Origin: Mobula hypostoma
Lineage: Eukaryota
NCBI RefSeq assembly: GCF_963921235.1
Contig: NC_086097.1
Span: 143,780,001 to 143,844,000, forward strand
Direction of reading: 5' to 3'
Length of the DNA: 64,000 bases
Shown here: positions 34,633-49,189 of the stretch, in pieces
How the letters are laid out: each line of letters opens with the position of its first letter
Position numbering within the stretch: position 1 is the stretch's first letter
Notes under the pieces: model-generated
The model's input: only the letters and a program-made list of their open reading frames with translations
Databases searched by the model: none
What the model was told of the DNA's origin: nothing
Translations under genes and position numbers: made by a program

Positions 34633-37600
34633 ATCCATGCTTGCACCTTTCCTGTAATACCATGGTCTTTTATCTTGTTAAGCAACCTATGTGCAGTGCC
34701 TTGTCAAAGGCCTTCTAAAAATCCAAGAAAACTGCATCCACTGATTCTCCTTTGTGTACCCTTCCTGTTATGTCCTCAAAGAATTCCAAAAATTTGCCAT
34801 GCAAGATTTCCCCTTAAGGAAACCTCAGTACTTTGGTGTACTTTATCATGCACCTCCAAGTATCCCAAAACACCTTCCTTAATAATGGACTCTAACATCT
34901 TCCTACCCACCGATCTTTACTAATGCCTCCAGAATCACATCAGCTACCTCCTTCAGAACCTGGGGTGTAGTCCATCTGGTCCAGGTGACTTATCTACTTT
35001 CAGACTTTTCAGCAACTATACTCACTTCTGCCTCCAACACTCTCGAGTTTGTGGCATACTGCTAGTGTCTTTCACAGTGAAGGCTAACGCAAAATACTTA
35101 TTAAGTCTGTACGCCATTTCTTTGTCCCCCATAACTACCTCTTCAGTGTCATTTTCCGGCCTTCCAATATCTCTTGCTTCTCTTTCACCCTTTATTATAT
35201 CTGAAGAAAACTTTTGCTATCCTCTTTGGTATTATTGTCTCGCTTACCTTCCTATTTCATCATTTCTCCCCTAATGATTTTCTTAGTTGCCTTCTGTTGG
35301 TCTTTAAAAGGCTTCCAATCCTTTACCTTCCTACTATTTTCTATTTTATTATGTACACTCTTATTTGCTTTTATGCTGTCTCCGGCTTCCCTTGTCAGTC
35401 ACAGTTTTGTCATCCACCCTTCAGAATACTTCTTCATCTTTGGGATGTATCTACCCTGCATCTTCCGAATTACCCCCAGAAACTCTAGCCATTGCTGTTC
35501 TGCTGTTATCCCTGCTAGTATCCCCTTCCAATCAATTTTGGCAGCTCCTTTCTCATACCTCTGAAATTCCCTTCTTTCCACTATAATACCAATACATTCA
35601 ATTTTAACTTCTCCTTCTCAAACTGCAAAGTGAATTCTATCATTGGCTCCTAAGGATTCCTTTATCTTAAGCTCCCTCGTCAAATGTGGTTCATTACACA
35701 ACACCTAATCCAGAATTGCCTTCCCTTTTGCGGGCTCCACCACAAGTTGCTCTAAAAAACCATCTGTTAGGCATTCTACAAACCCCTCTCTTGTGATCCA
35801 GCACCAAAATGATTTTCCTTATCTACCTGCATATTGAAATCCCCCATGATTATTGTAACATTGTCCTTTTTGCATGCCTTTTCTATTTTCCATTGAAATT
35901 TATATCTCACATCCTGGCTACCATTCTGCGGCCTGTAAATAACACCCATCAGGGTCTTTTTTCCTTGTAGTTTCTTAACTCCAATTACAAGGATTCTACA
36001 TATTCCAATCCAATGTCACCTCTTTCTAAGGACTTGATTTCATTTTTTCCTAACAAAGCTGCCGCAGTCCCTCTGCCTACCTGGCAGTCCTTTTGACAGA
36101 TCTATCCTTGGATGTTAACCTCCCAACTATGATCTCTCAGTGCAACTCAGTGATGCCCATACCTGCCAATCTGCAACTATGCTACAAGATCATCTATTTT
36201 ATTTAGTATACTGCGCATTCAAACGTAACACCTTCAGCCCTGTATGCATCACTATCTTTGAGGTCCTGCTACAACATCTTCCATAACTCGCTATACTCAC
36301 TGAGCCAGACTTCTTCCTCATTTCTACTTACAGTATTGGTGCCGATATACACCACAACATCTGGTTGCTCACTCTCCCTCTTGAGAGTCTTCCACAGCCA
36401 CAGAATCTGCTGCTATTGCCGTTTTCAATGACAACTGCCATTAAGGTTGTCAGCGATGATGCCACACCCAGGAAGTAGAAGAAGTTGCTGTCCATCCCCC
36501 TAACTATTGAGTCTCCTATCACTATCACTCTGCCTGACTTCACCCTTCCTGTCTGGCTGCTGCTGTGCTCTGACAGTTGATCCCCCCTCCCCCCACCCCC
36601 CCCCCATGGAGTGTCCAAAGGGGTAAACTTTTTCCAAGGGGAATGTCCACCTGAGAATCCTGCACTGATTGTTTACTCCCCTTACTTCTCCTGGTGGTTA
36701 CCCATATACTATCTGAAGCCTACACTGGGTATGATCACCTCATTAAAAGTCTCATCTATGAAGTTTTAAGCCTCCTGGATGTCTCCAGCTCCAGATCCAT
36801 TTCCTTGACCTTGTCAGTCAGGAGATGAAGTTGGGTGCACTTCCTGCAGATGTAGTCATCAGGGAGACCAATAGGTACCTTTAAATCCCACGTTTCTAAG
36901 GAGCAATTCTACAGCCTGAACTACAATCCTGCCTCCACTTAAGTTCTAGACTGCACCTGTTCTCGACTAAATACCCTCTAACACTGTTCACTCCAACAAT
37001 GGCTGCTCTGCTTACATCTTGCTTTTTCAAATATTGGCTCTTGCTAAGGACTACTAACCCAAGCAATTTCCTGTTCTGCAGACAAGTCCCATCAGGACCT
37101 ATGGTGCAGATCTCAGGAGTCTGTTGTGATGCGTGATGGCTTGGCATTTTTGGCTGACCATGTTGTGAATGCTTCAGCCTTGTCTTTAGGATTCATATGT
37201 TGCACTCTTCCATTGCTGAGGACATACCTTTTCCTCCCATTACTGTTTAATTATTCACATCTATTCAACAGTGGATTGCAAAAGTCCAACCAGTTGTAGC
37301 AGTGGTCATCTGTATCGTTTTTCTGCCTTTGCTATTTTGTATGCTATTTGATAGTCAGTTGTAGCAGTTTTGCCAGGTTGGTGGCTCAATTTCATGTATG
37401 TGCCCACTGCTCTCCCTTATAATTTCAACTAATAAAAACCCAACTAGTCTTTTTTTTAAAAATAAAAAGATTAAATATGCACACACTACTGCGAATGTGG
37501 TCTCTTGAAAGCCCTGTAGAATTGCATCAAGTGTTTATTCTGCTTGCAAACTCTGCCATTGCAGTTTGGTCAATAAAAGCCAAGACATCATCTGTCTTGC

Positions 37601-38956
37601 TAACTTGCCGTGTTTTATGAACAAGAAGACATATATTTCTCCGAACACCAAAATTAACTGGCTTCTCATAATGTGAAAAGTATTCTGCATTTTTCTCCCT
37701 TTTTTCCATTGAAGTTAATCATGTCACATTTTCCCACATCAAACCCCATTAACACAATTCTGTCTCGTTACTTAACCACTCCGTTCTTTCGCAGAATACA
37801 TGCAGTATCCTCATAACTCGGTTTCTACTAAGCATTGCATTGGTGGCAAAAGTGGTTATATTAGTCCTGGTGCATTCATCCTACTCATTAATATAGACAG
37901 TAAAATGTGATAGGTCTCAGGACTTGTCCCTAAAACACTTCACTAGTAGTAACCTATAACTACAAAAATGATTTGTGTCTTACAAACAGTCAGTTATCTA
38001 TACTAAGATATTGACCCCAACCTACAGGCAGACTAAAGGCTGGAAAGAATTTTGATTTTCAGCCCGCAGAGGAGACTCCTTAGAACTTAGAACAGTACAG
38101 AACAATGCAGGCCTTCAGCCGACTTACTCCATGTTCAATCTAACCCTTCTCTCCTACACAGCTCATAACCTATTTTTCTTACATCCATGTGCCTATCAAA
38201 GAGTCTTTTAAATGTCCCTGTTGTATCAGCCTCTAGCACCACCCCAAAAGTGCATTCCAGGCACCCACCATACTCTGTGTAAAAAAAACTACCTCTGACA
38301 GCTCCCCCCTATACTTTCTTTCACTCACTTTAAATAGATCTCCTCTGGTACTGGCCATTGCCACCCTAGGAAAAATGCACTGGCTGTCCACTCATCTATG
38401 CCTCTCAAAATCTGATACAAGTCACTCCAAAGAGAAAAGCCCGAGCTTGTTCAACCTTTCCTCATAAGACATGTTCTCTAGTCTAGGCAGCATCCTGGTA
38501 AATCTCCTCTGCATCCTTTCCAAAGCTTTACTTTCTAAAGTTAGATGATTGAAACAAGATTACTATGGAATGGTTCTCCAAAATGAATCATACAAGATGA
38601 TTAAGAGTTCATGGACTATTGAAAGTGTGGTGAAAGTTAAACCATGAAATCATTTGACTAATAGTTAGATGAAGGGAGAGAATGAAGGATTGTTGGGTCC
38701 ATTAGTATAGGTCAAACAGCTTTCTATCTTCACAGGTATCCTTGATCTTGTGATCTACAAAGGTGGAGATAAAATAAATTAAGATGTAATGTTAGCGTGA
38801 TGATAAGCATAAATCTTAACTGCATGTGGTTTACAAGACCTTGTCGTTTTTTTATATTCTAAGCAGGTTATATTGGTAGGCAAACCTTTAAAAGAGAATT
38901 TATTGCCACAAAGATCGTTGAGTAACAATTTACTTTATTGTCTTCTTCTCCTATAG

Positions 38957-39165
38957 GTTTGTTAAGAATAGAATCTACACCTACATCGGAGAGGTGGTTG
39001 TCTCAGTAAATCCCTATCAGCAGATTGATTTATATGGGCGAGATATGATTGAGCACTACAAGGGAAGGGAACTATATGAAAGACCACCACACTTGTATGC
39101 TATTGCAGATGCAGCCTACAAAGCAATGAAGAGGAGATCAAAGGATACCTGCATTGTAATATCAG
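38957..39165 (+). CDS. myo1g: Myosin-I exon 2 (motor domain)
   Basis: ctatag|[28 protein letters not shown]...[28 protein letters not shown]; donor G|gtgaga; 209 nt. Confidence 0.95.
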
Positions 39166-39259
39166 GTGAGAATTAAGGATATGGCAACTTCACATTATAT
39201 CCAAGGCTATCCACATCATGCTATCAGTTCTTGGAAAGAGCAGGTGTGTTATGTTCAAA

Positions 39260-39960
39260 GTCAAAAAGTTTAAAGTTTATTTGTTATCAATGTACATATA
39301 TGTCACTATATGCAACCGTGAGATTCATTTTCTTGCAGGCATACTCAAGATTATAACCATAATAGAATAAATGAAGGACTGCACCAACCTGGGCTTTCAA
39401 CCAATGTGCAAAAGACAACAAAACTGTGCAAATACAAAAATAAATAAATAATAATAATAATAAATAATTAGGTAATAAATATTGAGAACATGAGATAAGG
39501 GTCCTTGAAATTGAGGCCATAGGTTCTGGTAACTTTTCAATGATGGGGCAAGTGAAGTTGAGTGAAGTTATGTACATTGGTTCAAGAACTGATGGTTGAG
39601 GGGTAATAACTGTTTCTGAACCTGGTGGTGTGAGTCCTGAGGCTCCTATACCTTCTTCCTGATGGCAGCAGCAAGAAGATCTGGGTGGTGGGAATCCCTG
39701 ATAATGGATGCTACTTTTCCTGCAACAACGTTCCACGTAGATGTGTTCAGTGGTGGTGAGGGTATTACCCGTGATGGGGCTGGCCCATAGCCACTACTTT
39801 TTGTAGGATTTTCCGCTCAAGGATGTTGGTATTTCTATGCTAGATTGTGGTACAGCTAGTCAATATACTCTCCACCTCACATCTTTTGAAGTTTTTGCGA
39901 AATGCTAAGGAAGTAGAGGCACTGCTGTGCTTTCTTTGTGATTGTACCTACATGCTGGTT
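39260..39960 (-). mobile_element. Decayed LINE 3' fragment (Rex1/L2-like)
   Basis: Shares the ccatcaggaagaaggtataggagcct...ccaccaggttcag motif and 3'UTR with copies at about 6600-7140, 31540-31880, 41775-43110 and 53180-53780. Confidence 0.6.
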
Positions 39961-42900
39961 CTGGGACATGTGTGATATAGCATGGAAGTAAAGTAATTTG
40001 AGGCAAAGTTATTTTTAATGTGATAGTTTTCGAATACAGGAAGGGAGAAAAAGAGAGATAGGACCACGGAGGATTTAAAATAGACTTTCAGAGTAGACTA
40101 TTTATAAAATATTCACATTACTTGAAACCACCCTCAGTGGTGATTCAATGGTTGAGAAGAATTGAGTCCTAACATAAATATTGAAATCATTAGTGTACTT
40201 TTATTGATGACATGAATTATTTGCCTTTTGGTGTGTTTTGTGATATTGTAAAGTTGTGTTCACTACTGTTTCACTAAGTTTATCAATGTTAACCGCTGGG
40301 TATTGACGACAAAAATATAGAGAAGTTGGGAGTGTGGGAGGTTCAGGGTGGGCAACAGGGTAAAGCAAATTTCAAATTCTGCGACAACAGAAACGGGACC
40401 ATATTTTACCACATTGTCCTCTAAATGCCAATGGTACAGCTGTTCTGAAGCTACATCTGTCACCCAGCGTCCGCCTTTCAGCCAGAATATTGTCTGGTCC
40501 CTGCTGCTGCAGCTGGTGGCTTCACTCAATTTTTGACATCATTTTATTTGGATCAAACAGCTGAAATCTGACTTCCCTCTTGCTGCAGTGGCTGGACGGA
40601 ATTTGAGGCAATTACCAATTTACCAATTACTCAAGTTAACAATCATCCGCTCAGCAATCCTGGCTGCAGGTGGCTGCAAGTTCCTTTCGTGCACTCAGGT
40701 GCTGTGGCTTGCCATTCACAGGGATTGTAGAGTTCATGGAAGGCTCTGGTCTTCTCCATTGACCAACATGCTACAGGCAGTAAACCATCCACAGCATGTT
40801 GCTTCTGTGGCTTGTACTATAGATAACCTTTTATTTTAAAAACTTTATTTAGTGATATAGCACAGAGTAGGCCCTTACAGCCCTTTGAGTTGTGCTGCTC
40901 CAGCAACCCCACAACCCTAATTTCACTCTATCCTAAATCACAGGACAATTTACAATGACCAATTAACCTACCTGGTACATGTTTGGGGAGGAAACTGGAG
41001 CACCTGGGGGAAAACTCACACATTCCGCAGGGAGGATGTACAGGGACTCCTTACAGAACAGCACTGAATTGAACTCTGAACTCCGTAATGCCCTAAGTTG
41101 TAACAGCATTGCACTAACTGCTACAGAGCACCATGACCTCCATACGGTCTGTGCTGCACTTTCATCTGGTTGGCTGCCTAGTTTTGTGTATGCTTGGAAC
41201 TGCTCCCCAGCTGGCATGTGCTTCACTGAACCTGGGCTGGTATGATGCTGTTGTGGAGCCGGGGATGTACCAGGCTGCATGGTTGCAAATTTAGCTCTAC
41301 TTAATTGTTGTTGACGACCCTCAAAGGTTTTCAGATGCCCAACCCCGAGCTGTCAAATCTGTTCTCTGAATGCATGGTAATGCACAAAAGATAATTGATA
41401 GCTGCAGTGTTACAATGGAAACAGGAATGGCCCTTTTCTTCATTTCCATCATTCAGCACAATTGTCGTTGATATCTGCCGTGACTGACTAAATCAAGCCA
41501 CACGGAGCTGTAATTGGGATATATAGAAATGGGGAGATACAGAGATGGCATTATTCAGAACAGCAGATCTTCTGGAGAATATCCAATATCTCCTCACACA
41601 ATATTTTATACTTCCTAAATACAAAGACAACAATAAATAGTTAACTACATGGCTATAATCACCTACTTAAGTCTAACATTTTGAATGCAGACAGGTCACT
41701 TTGCAGAATTGCATATATCCAATAGCACATCCCATGTAGCCGAACCCTTTGAGTATTCAGTACAGGTGAATCAATCATGAAATCCACCTTCTGGAAGCAC
41801 CACCTATTGAAGACGTCCTCAGTGGTGGGGAGGCTAGAGCCCATGATGGACTGGCTGATTCTACAACCCATGCAGCTTTATTCAATTTTTTGCATTCGAG
41901 GCCCCCATACCTGACATTGTTGTAACCAGTCAAAATATTCTTCACTATACGTCTGTTGAAATTTGCTAGAATCTTTAGTGACATACCCGATCTCCTCAAG
42001 CTCCTTATAAAGTATAGTTGCTGGTGTGGCTTCTTTGGGATTGGGCCCAGGACAGATCTTCAGAGATGTTGATGACCAGGAATGTTACGATGCTCATCTT
42101 CCCCACTGCTGACCCCTCGATGAAGACTGGTGTACATTCTCCCAATTTCCCCTTCCTAAAGTCCACAATCAGTTGATTCCTTGATCTTTCAGATATTGAC
42201 TGCAAAGGTGGTGTTGTGACATCACTCAACTAGCCGTGTGTCTCACTCCTGTACGCCTCCTTGTTACCATCTGAGATTCTGCTGATAATAGTTGTGTCAT
42301 CGGTGAATTTACAGTACTGTATATTGGTTAAAATAGGAAGGTGGTTGGGAACAGTAATATAGGTACCTAGCTTTCTATTAGGTTTGTATTACAAATACTA
42401 TTTGTAATAATATTGTGTTATTTGGTAACTGGAAAGTTATAATACACAGTCTTAGGCACCCTAGCGATATATATTTGTGCCTAAGGCTTTTGTACAATAC
42501 CGTATAGACAGTGTTTGAGCTGTGCCTAACCACATAGGTATAGCAGGAGCAGAGCAGTGGGCCAAGCACACGTCTTTGAGGTTCGTCTGCATGGATTGTC
42601 AACGAGGAGGAGATGTTATTTCTGATCCACACAGGCTGTGGTCTCCTGATGAGGAGCAGAATGGATCCAGTTGCAGAGGGCCAGGTTTTGAAGCTTGTTG
42701 ATTAGTGCTGGAGGGATGATGGTGTTGAGTTGTAATTAATAAACAGCAGCCTGATGTCAGTATAGCTGTTGTCCAGGTGATCCAAAGCCAAGTGAATCAC
42801 CAGTCAGATTGCATCTGCTGCATACCTGTTGTGGTTCTCAGCAAATTGCAATGGATCTATACTCTTGATCATGCAGAAGGTAATTCTACCCATGACAAAT

Positions 42901-43129
42901 TTCTCAAAGCACTTTTTCACAGTAGATGTGAGTGCTCAGGGCGATAGTTACTGAGGTAGCTCACCTTGCTCCCCTCGTGTGATTAGAACCTTTTGAAGCA
43001 GGTGGGAAACCCTGACTGCAGCAGTGAGATGTCCTTGAACACTCCAACCTGGTTGGCACAGGTTTTCAGTGCCCTGCCAGGTACACCATCAGGGCCTGAC
43101 GTCTTGCAGGGGTTCGCGTTTCAGGCCAC

Positions 43130-43375
43130 GACCTTTTTTCTCGTGGGTGCCACGCTCTGCAAGAGCCTCGGCAACCACTTTTCAAGTGGTTGTCTTGGAG
43201 GAAAGATTCTGTGAGTGGTCCCCCACGTCCTTCTCACAGAGCAGCTTTTTTTTTTATGAGGCCGAGTTGCGAGCCCAAAACTCAACCGGGCACGGATGGA
43301 AAACGTGCCCGGGAGCAGCCCGACTGGATTTGGACTCGGTAACCTTCGCTCCGGAGTCCGGCGCTGATGTCAGTG
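43130..43375 (-). mobile_element. tRNA-derived SINE sharing its head with 25400-25666
   Basis: Common segment gcacggatggaaa.cgtg...ctggatt.g.act.gg..acct....cg.agtccggc.ctga; different 3' half. Confidence 0.6.
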
Positions 43376-46300
43376 ACTCACGACCTTTTAGCAGAACTGA
43401 AAATGAAGGGAGCAGAAGCCAGAATAAGAAGGACGGGAGAGGGAAAGGAGTGTAGGCTGGCAGGTGAGACCAGATGAGTTGAAGGACAGTGTCTGGGGGA
43501 AGAAGGGAGGAGGTGATGTTGGAAAGGGTAGACTGAAGATGAAGAAATTTGATAGGAGAGAGCTGTAACCATGGAAGACAGGAAAGGAGGAGGGGAACCA
43601 AAGGGAGGTGATGAGTGATGAGGAAAAGGGAAATGGTGAGAAAGTAACTAGAATGGGGAATGGAAAAACAGAGAGGAGGGAATGGTTATTGAGATAGGCA
43701 GAAAGATCACAGTCTGATCAGACATGATATTATTGAACATAGGAGCAGGCACAAGGGACAGAGTGGACTAATTCTTTTCCTTAATCTCTGTCTTTTAATG
43801 TTTACTTCAGCTAGACTGAATTCCAGTGCCTGTGATATGTAGGCAAAAAATTCATTAGATTTTTTGATAGTTTTCCAGCCAGCTGTGTAAATATTGTTCA
43901 GATCACTATTTGCATTGTCTCCTTGTGGTACCTGGTATCACTGATCCTTCATCCTTGACAGATCTCAACTGATTGTCATTGCATTGATTTCAAAAGCATG
44001 AAAATGATATGCCACTCCAGGTTACTGTCCTCATTACAGGCAGAATTGGAGAGGGTGCAGAAGAACTTTGCCAGTCTGCCTCCATTAAAGGATACGAGCT
44101 ACGAGGACAAACTTGGATTGTTTACTCTAGAGAAATGGAGGCCGAGTTGAGGCCTGATATAATTTCATAAGATTATGAAAGGCATTAATAGGGTAAATGG
44201 TTAGAATTTTTTCCCAGGGTAGAAGTGCCAGAGGACATGTATTTAAGATGAGAGGAGGAAAGTTTTATGGTGATGTGCAGGACAAGGTTTTTTCACACCG
44301 AGAGTGATAGGTGCTTGGAACAGGCTGCCAGGAGTAGACGTGGAAGCCGATAAAACAGTGATGCTGAAGAGGATTTGAGATAGGCACGTGAATACATAGA
44401 GTCCGGAGGGATATGGACCATGTGCATGCAATTTAATTCAACACCATGTTTGGCGCAAGTGTGAGGATTGATGGGCCTTTTCCTGTCCTGCATTGTTCTA
44501 TGTCCTATGTTCTCACTGTCTCACCATAAATCGACTGGTATTCACACATATACGGATAGAGTCTTCTCTAAGTATGGACACACAGTGATGCAATTAGTAG
44601 GAAAGACGTGATAAGCCAACTTTGTAAAATTATACAACCAACTGGAACACAGTTAATAGACTGAACTTGAAAGTTCAATATTAAGTGCATTTGTTTTGCA
44701 AATATGCACTACCCCTTTTGATGTAGATACTTTAATGCATTTATGAAAGAATTGCATTGTATAAAAAACAAGAACATAATGTATCCAAATGTAGAATATA
44801 TGGCTAACAGGCAGCTGGGAAAATGATCAGATTTGAACTACTTAAGTACTTTTGACCAAACACAAAAATTGTCAGCTATGTGGCAAATAGGAATAAGGAA
44901 ATGAATGCCCAAAGCTGCTTTCCTACAATGCAACAAAAACCTTAGAGGCTGATGGACAAGATGAGGGTCTGATACATTGTGAAGAGTTCAGAGAGGAATA
45001 GACAGCTGCAGAGGATTAAAGGCATTTAAGGGATTTGGAGGAACAGTTCTGTTCATTCTGCTCCCACGGGGAATGTTGTTTTAAACTTATTTCCTTTGAG
45101 AGTCTCATCTATGACAAAATAACACTGAAGAATTGACAGCATTGAGATGAAGAATAGTGATATGTCATTTTAAATGCTCCTTATTCTGGTAAAAATACTC
45201 TCTGACAGTATTATCAAACTTGCAAACATGGCCCAATACATCCCTTTCTCCTAAATCCATGACCTCCGTCACTAAGAAGATAAGAGTACAGAGCACACGA
45301 GAAAACCATTTTCTTCAGATTCCATTGAGTCACACATTATCATCATCATTCATCCACTGTCACTGGGTGAAATTCCTCATATTCAACACCCAAAATTATG
45401 GGAACAGCTTCCCCACACTTATTAACTGTTCATAAAGACCCACTATCATCTACACAGGAGAATTCAGGGTGCTTACATACAGTACCTACTGACCTGGGAA
45501 AGCAGCCAACATAATCAAGGACTCCTACCGCCCCGGTCATTCTCTCATCCCCCTGCCCCTCCGTCAAGCAGAAGATACAATAGTTTAGGGGCATGTACCC
45601 CCAGGCTCAAAGACATTTTCTATCTCACTGTTATCAAACTCTTGTGCAATCCTTTCATACGCTGAAAGATGAACTCTTTGCGGCCCTTGCACTTTATTTG
45701 TCAACCTGCACTCATCCTCTCTGTGAGTCCAACACTAAGTGTGCATTCTGATTGTCTTTTTATTATCTTGATGAATGTATGTATGACATGATATGACACA
45801 AATTACTCTATCTACGTGCATGTGACGATGGTACACCAATACCAATACCAGCAATGCTAGAATGTTTATTGTAAAATAACACATCTTGAATTTTACTTAG
45901 AGATGCTTTCTAATAGTAAAGGAAATCTATTATCATCACAATCTGACTGACAATTCTCCCACCATCTTAAATGCCTTGTGACATGAAGAAACAAGCTATC
46001 TTCAGAAGAAACAATTAAGTGTTAGCTGTGATTCCTTACGCGCAATTCAAGAACAAATGAAGGAAGAAAAAAAATTGCTGTCCCAGGCCAATTAATTCCT
46101 TTGATTTCTTTGGCTGTTGCATGATTTTTCCGATACAACTGAGTGGGCAGGTACAGCCTCATTAAGCTCTTTATAAAACTGTTGAGCTGGATATTGAGCA
46201 GTAGGTATGGAATGGGGCTTCTCGGATGCATAACCACCTGGCTCAAAGGTGAGAGTGTTATTAACTGGAGTAAGGTTGACGCAAACCCAGTTTGATGGGT

Positions 46301-46423
46301 TTTTATATTGCAATGATCTGACATCTGACCTCTATTTTGTTACTAGTTTCAAGGAAACAAAAATTAACTGTCTATGCTGTAGACTCTGAATTAAACAGGA
46401 TGTTTACTTGTTCTCCTTCTCAG

Positions 46424-46517
46424 GTGAGAGTGGTGCTGGCAAGACGGAGGCGAGTAAGTACATAATGCAGTACATTGCTGCCATCACCAATCCCAGTCAG
46501 AGAGCAGATGTTGAGAG
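46424..46517 (+). CDS. myo1g: Myosin-I exon 3 (P-loop)
   Basis: ccttctcag|[33 protein letters not shown]; donor AG|gtaaga; 94 nt. Confidence 0.97.
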
Positions 46518-48220
46518 GTAAGAGCGAGTCACAGGCCCTGTTTTTATTTCTTTCTCCTTTACAATTACATACTCGAAATGACATTAAACAACCTTGAATC
46601 TTGCTCTGGCAGTTTTATTTGGAGTCAGGCCTGCACATGCAGGCTTCTCTCGGTCTCCACCCTGCTACGAAGAGTCACCTGCCACTTGTTTCCACCTGCA
46701 GCCTATTTAAACCCAGCTCTCATCCACAATCCTTGTTGACTCATATGAATTAGCCGTCCTCAACCAGTTGATCTTAGCCTTCCGTTGTCTTGTCGTGTTA
46801 AGTACCTGTTCTCTCTTGTTTAGTCTCCTTGTGGCTTGTTATCTAGCAGTTTTTCACTCACTGTTAAGCAGAAGTAAAGTTGTTGCACACTGTCAAATTG
46901 TCTCCGCTGCTCTGTGTTTGGGTCAAGCCTCCTCCTCTACATTTCCTAGCATTTGGTCGCCATATTATAGGGAGGACGTGAGAACTCGAGAAGGAGAGTC
47001 CAGATTTATGAGAATTGTTTTGGGAATGAAGGACTACTGCTACAAGGCAGGAGTTGAGAATCTGGAACTGTTTGAAAAGAGATGACAAAGGAAGATTTAG
47101 CATAAGTAAAATAAAAATGAGGCAAAGTGGATTGTTCTGTCTGTGGAGAGGTTGAGGACTAGAAGTTGCAGTATGACATAAAAGGAAGAGAGTTAAGAAT
47201 GACTTAGGAAAAATGATTTTGCGCAGCATGTTGTTGGAATCGAGATACGTTTTCTGCAAAAGGAGTTACATTTCCTGAAACCTTCAAGATAAAATGGGGT
47301 AAATATATGGTGAAGAAAAATTTGCAAGGTTACGGAGAAATGATCCAGGGAGCGGCTAGTGTGTTGTTCTGGCAAGATAAATATTTAACAATAAACTGCA
47401 AAGATAAATACTTAATATAAGAGCATTATGAGATTAAATTTGACATAGCAATGTGGAGAAGTTCAGGGAAAAGATTCCAGAATTTAAGATCAAGAATGGG
47501 AAAACAGGAGTATGAACAAAGGACTTAAGCCTGGAAATGTAACTGCGTAGTACAACATGATTGAATACTCGGTGTAGGAGTACCAAGTTTTGGATGTTTG
47601 TTTCAGTCCTTCAATCACGTGCTGAAAAGAATGCATTAAAACACTGAAATATTAATGCTTTTGTTAACTTTAAAGCACTACATTTGATTTCACCTTGTAG
47701 GCTGTGTGAATATGTGCATAATTCACATGCAGTACCTGGATCTAATTCCTGGAAGTGTGCACCGGGTACACAAAGTATTTGATAATGTTTTCTTTTCTTT
47801 AAACTTTCCACTGTGTAGCGTGTATGAACATTATGCAACACAACAGAATAACTGATATATTTCTTTGTCTGAACTGTAGATCTCCACTTAACATTTTTGT
47901 CTTCTTTGATTCTACTAGACTTTGCTGACACTCCTCTGAAGGTCTTTGAAATATTACATAATGTTAAAGCTACTATTTAAAACATGTTCTTGGCAAAGCA
48001 ATGAGGTTGTCCTACTTTATATTTAGGAGTAGGAATGAAATTAGTTGATTGGCAGATGAATTGAGAAGCTTCCTGCTAGCAACAGAAATTAATACTAAGA
48101 GATTCATTTTCAGTTTTTGAGGTCGATGCTACCTTTGTGTTATTTGTAGTTTCAAAGAAGAATATTTTTATCTGACCATCTATTCTATTTATTTCATTGC
48201 CAACCCCTGAACATTTCAAG

Positions 48221-48386
48221 TGTGAAAAACACATTGCTAAAATCAAACTGCATCCTAGAAGCATTCGGGAACGCAAAGACAAATCGGAATGATAACTCCA
48301 GCCGTTTTGGGAAGTACATGGACATCAACTTTGACTTCAAAGGAGACCCCACTGGTGGACATATCAACAATTATTTGCTCGAGAAA
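48221..48386 (+). CDS. myo1g: Myosin-I exon 4 (switch I)
   Basis: atttcaag|T; (S)[55 protein letters not shown]; donor AAA|gtaaga; 166 nt. Confidence 0.95.
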
Positions 48387-49189
48387 GTAAGACAATGCCT
48401 TTATTTTCCTTAGAGTTACAGACCCTCAATTTGCTTTTGCAGTGTACACTGTACATCATAAATATCTCGCTTTAATTCTTAAAAACATTTTAAGGACCGT
48501 TCTTTACTTCTTCTAGTTGGCTATATCTTACTCATTTTATCAGTGGTTTTCACACATTTGCTGCTCTTTTCTATCTATGGGTCTGTCTCCTGTTATTTCG
48601 TATATCTTGAGGCCGCTCATAATACGATAATGATAATATAATAATGTATTATATCATTGAGATATAATAATATCATCTATCTCAAACACTACTTGTTGCT
48701 TTCTCTGATCTCCTCACTGCCTCTCTTCTTTCACTTTCCCTCTCTCCTTGTGTCACTACAGCTTTTCTCTTTCCCCTCACAATTTATAATTCTCCACTTA
48801 ATATCAGCACCTGAGCACTTCCTATCTTCTCACATCACCATGCCACCCACCCCTCTCCAAAACTTACACTCCACATCTTCTCCTTTGGACCCTCTTTCCT
48901 TTTCTCCTACACTGCTCCTCCCCATCCTCTGCCTCTTTCCCATCATCCTCAAGCCCTCCTTCACTCCGCAGCCCTGAGGGAAAAAATCAATATTGCTTTC
49001 TCAGATGATGGATGAACAGGATAGTCAGGAGAAGGCAGAAGGTGGGGACATCGGTGTCTAAACACCCCTCGTGTATAAGTGAATGGAAGCTGACAGGCAT
49101 CCATGTGCGGGTTTAATTACATGTAGAGCAATGCAGTGATAGACTTGGACAGCAAGGATACAGACCTTTTGGCCATTATTCTATGCTGG

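Larger units (their letters stand above)
33030..36950 (-). mobile_element. Long decayed CR1 LINE including ORF1 remnants
   Basis: ORF1 zinc-finger/zipper DDYICRKCTQLHLL and esterase VIVIGDSIVRG; ORF2 remnants KFAGDTK, LEYKSKDVMLRL and GLYSLEFR..RGDLIET. Confidence 0.85.

Noticed and set aside
48640..48980. Pyrimidine-rich 106-aa ORF, and the purine-rich tract at 29000-29200
   Set aside because: Low-complexity sequence with no splice or homology support.
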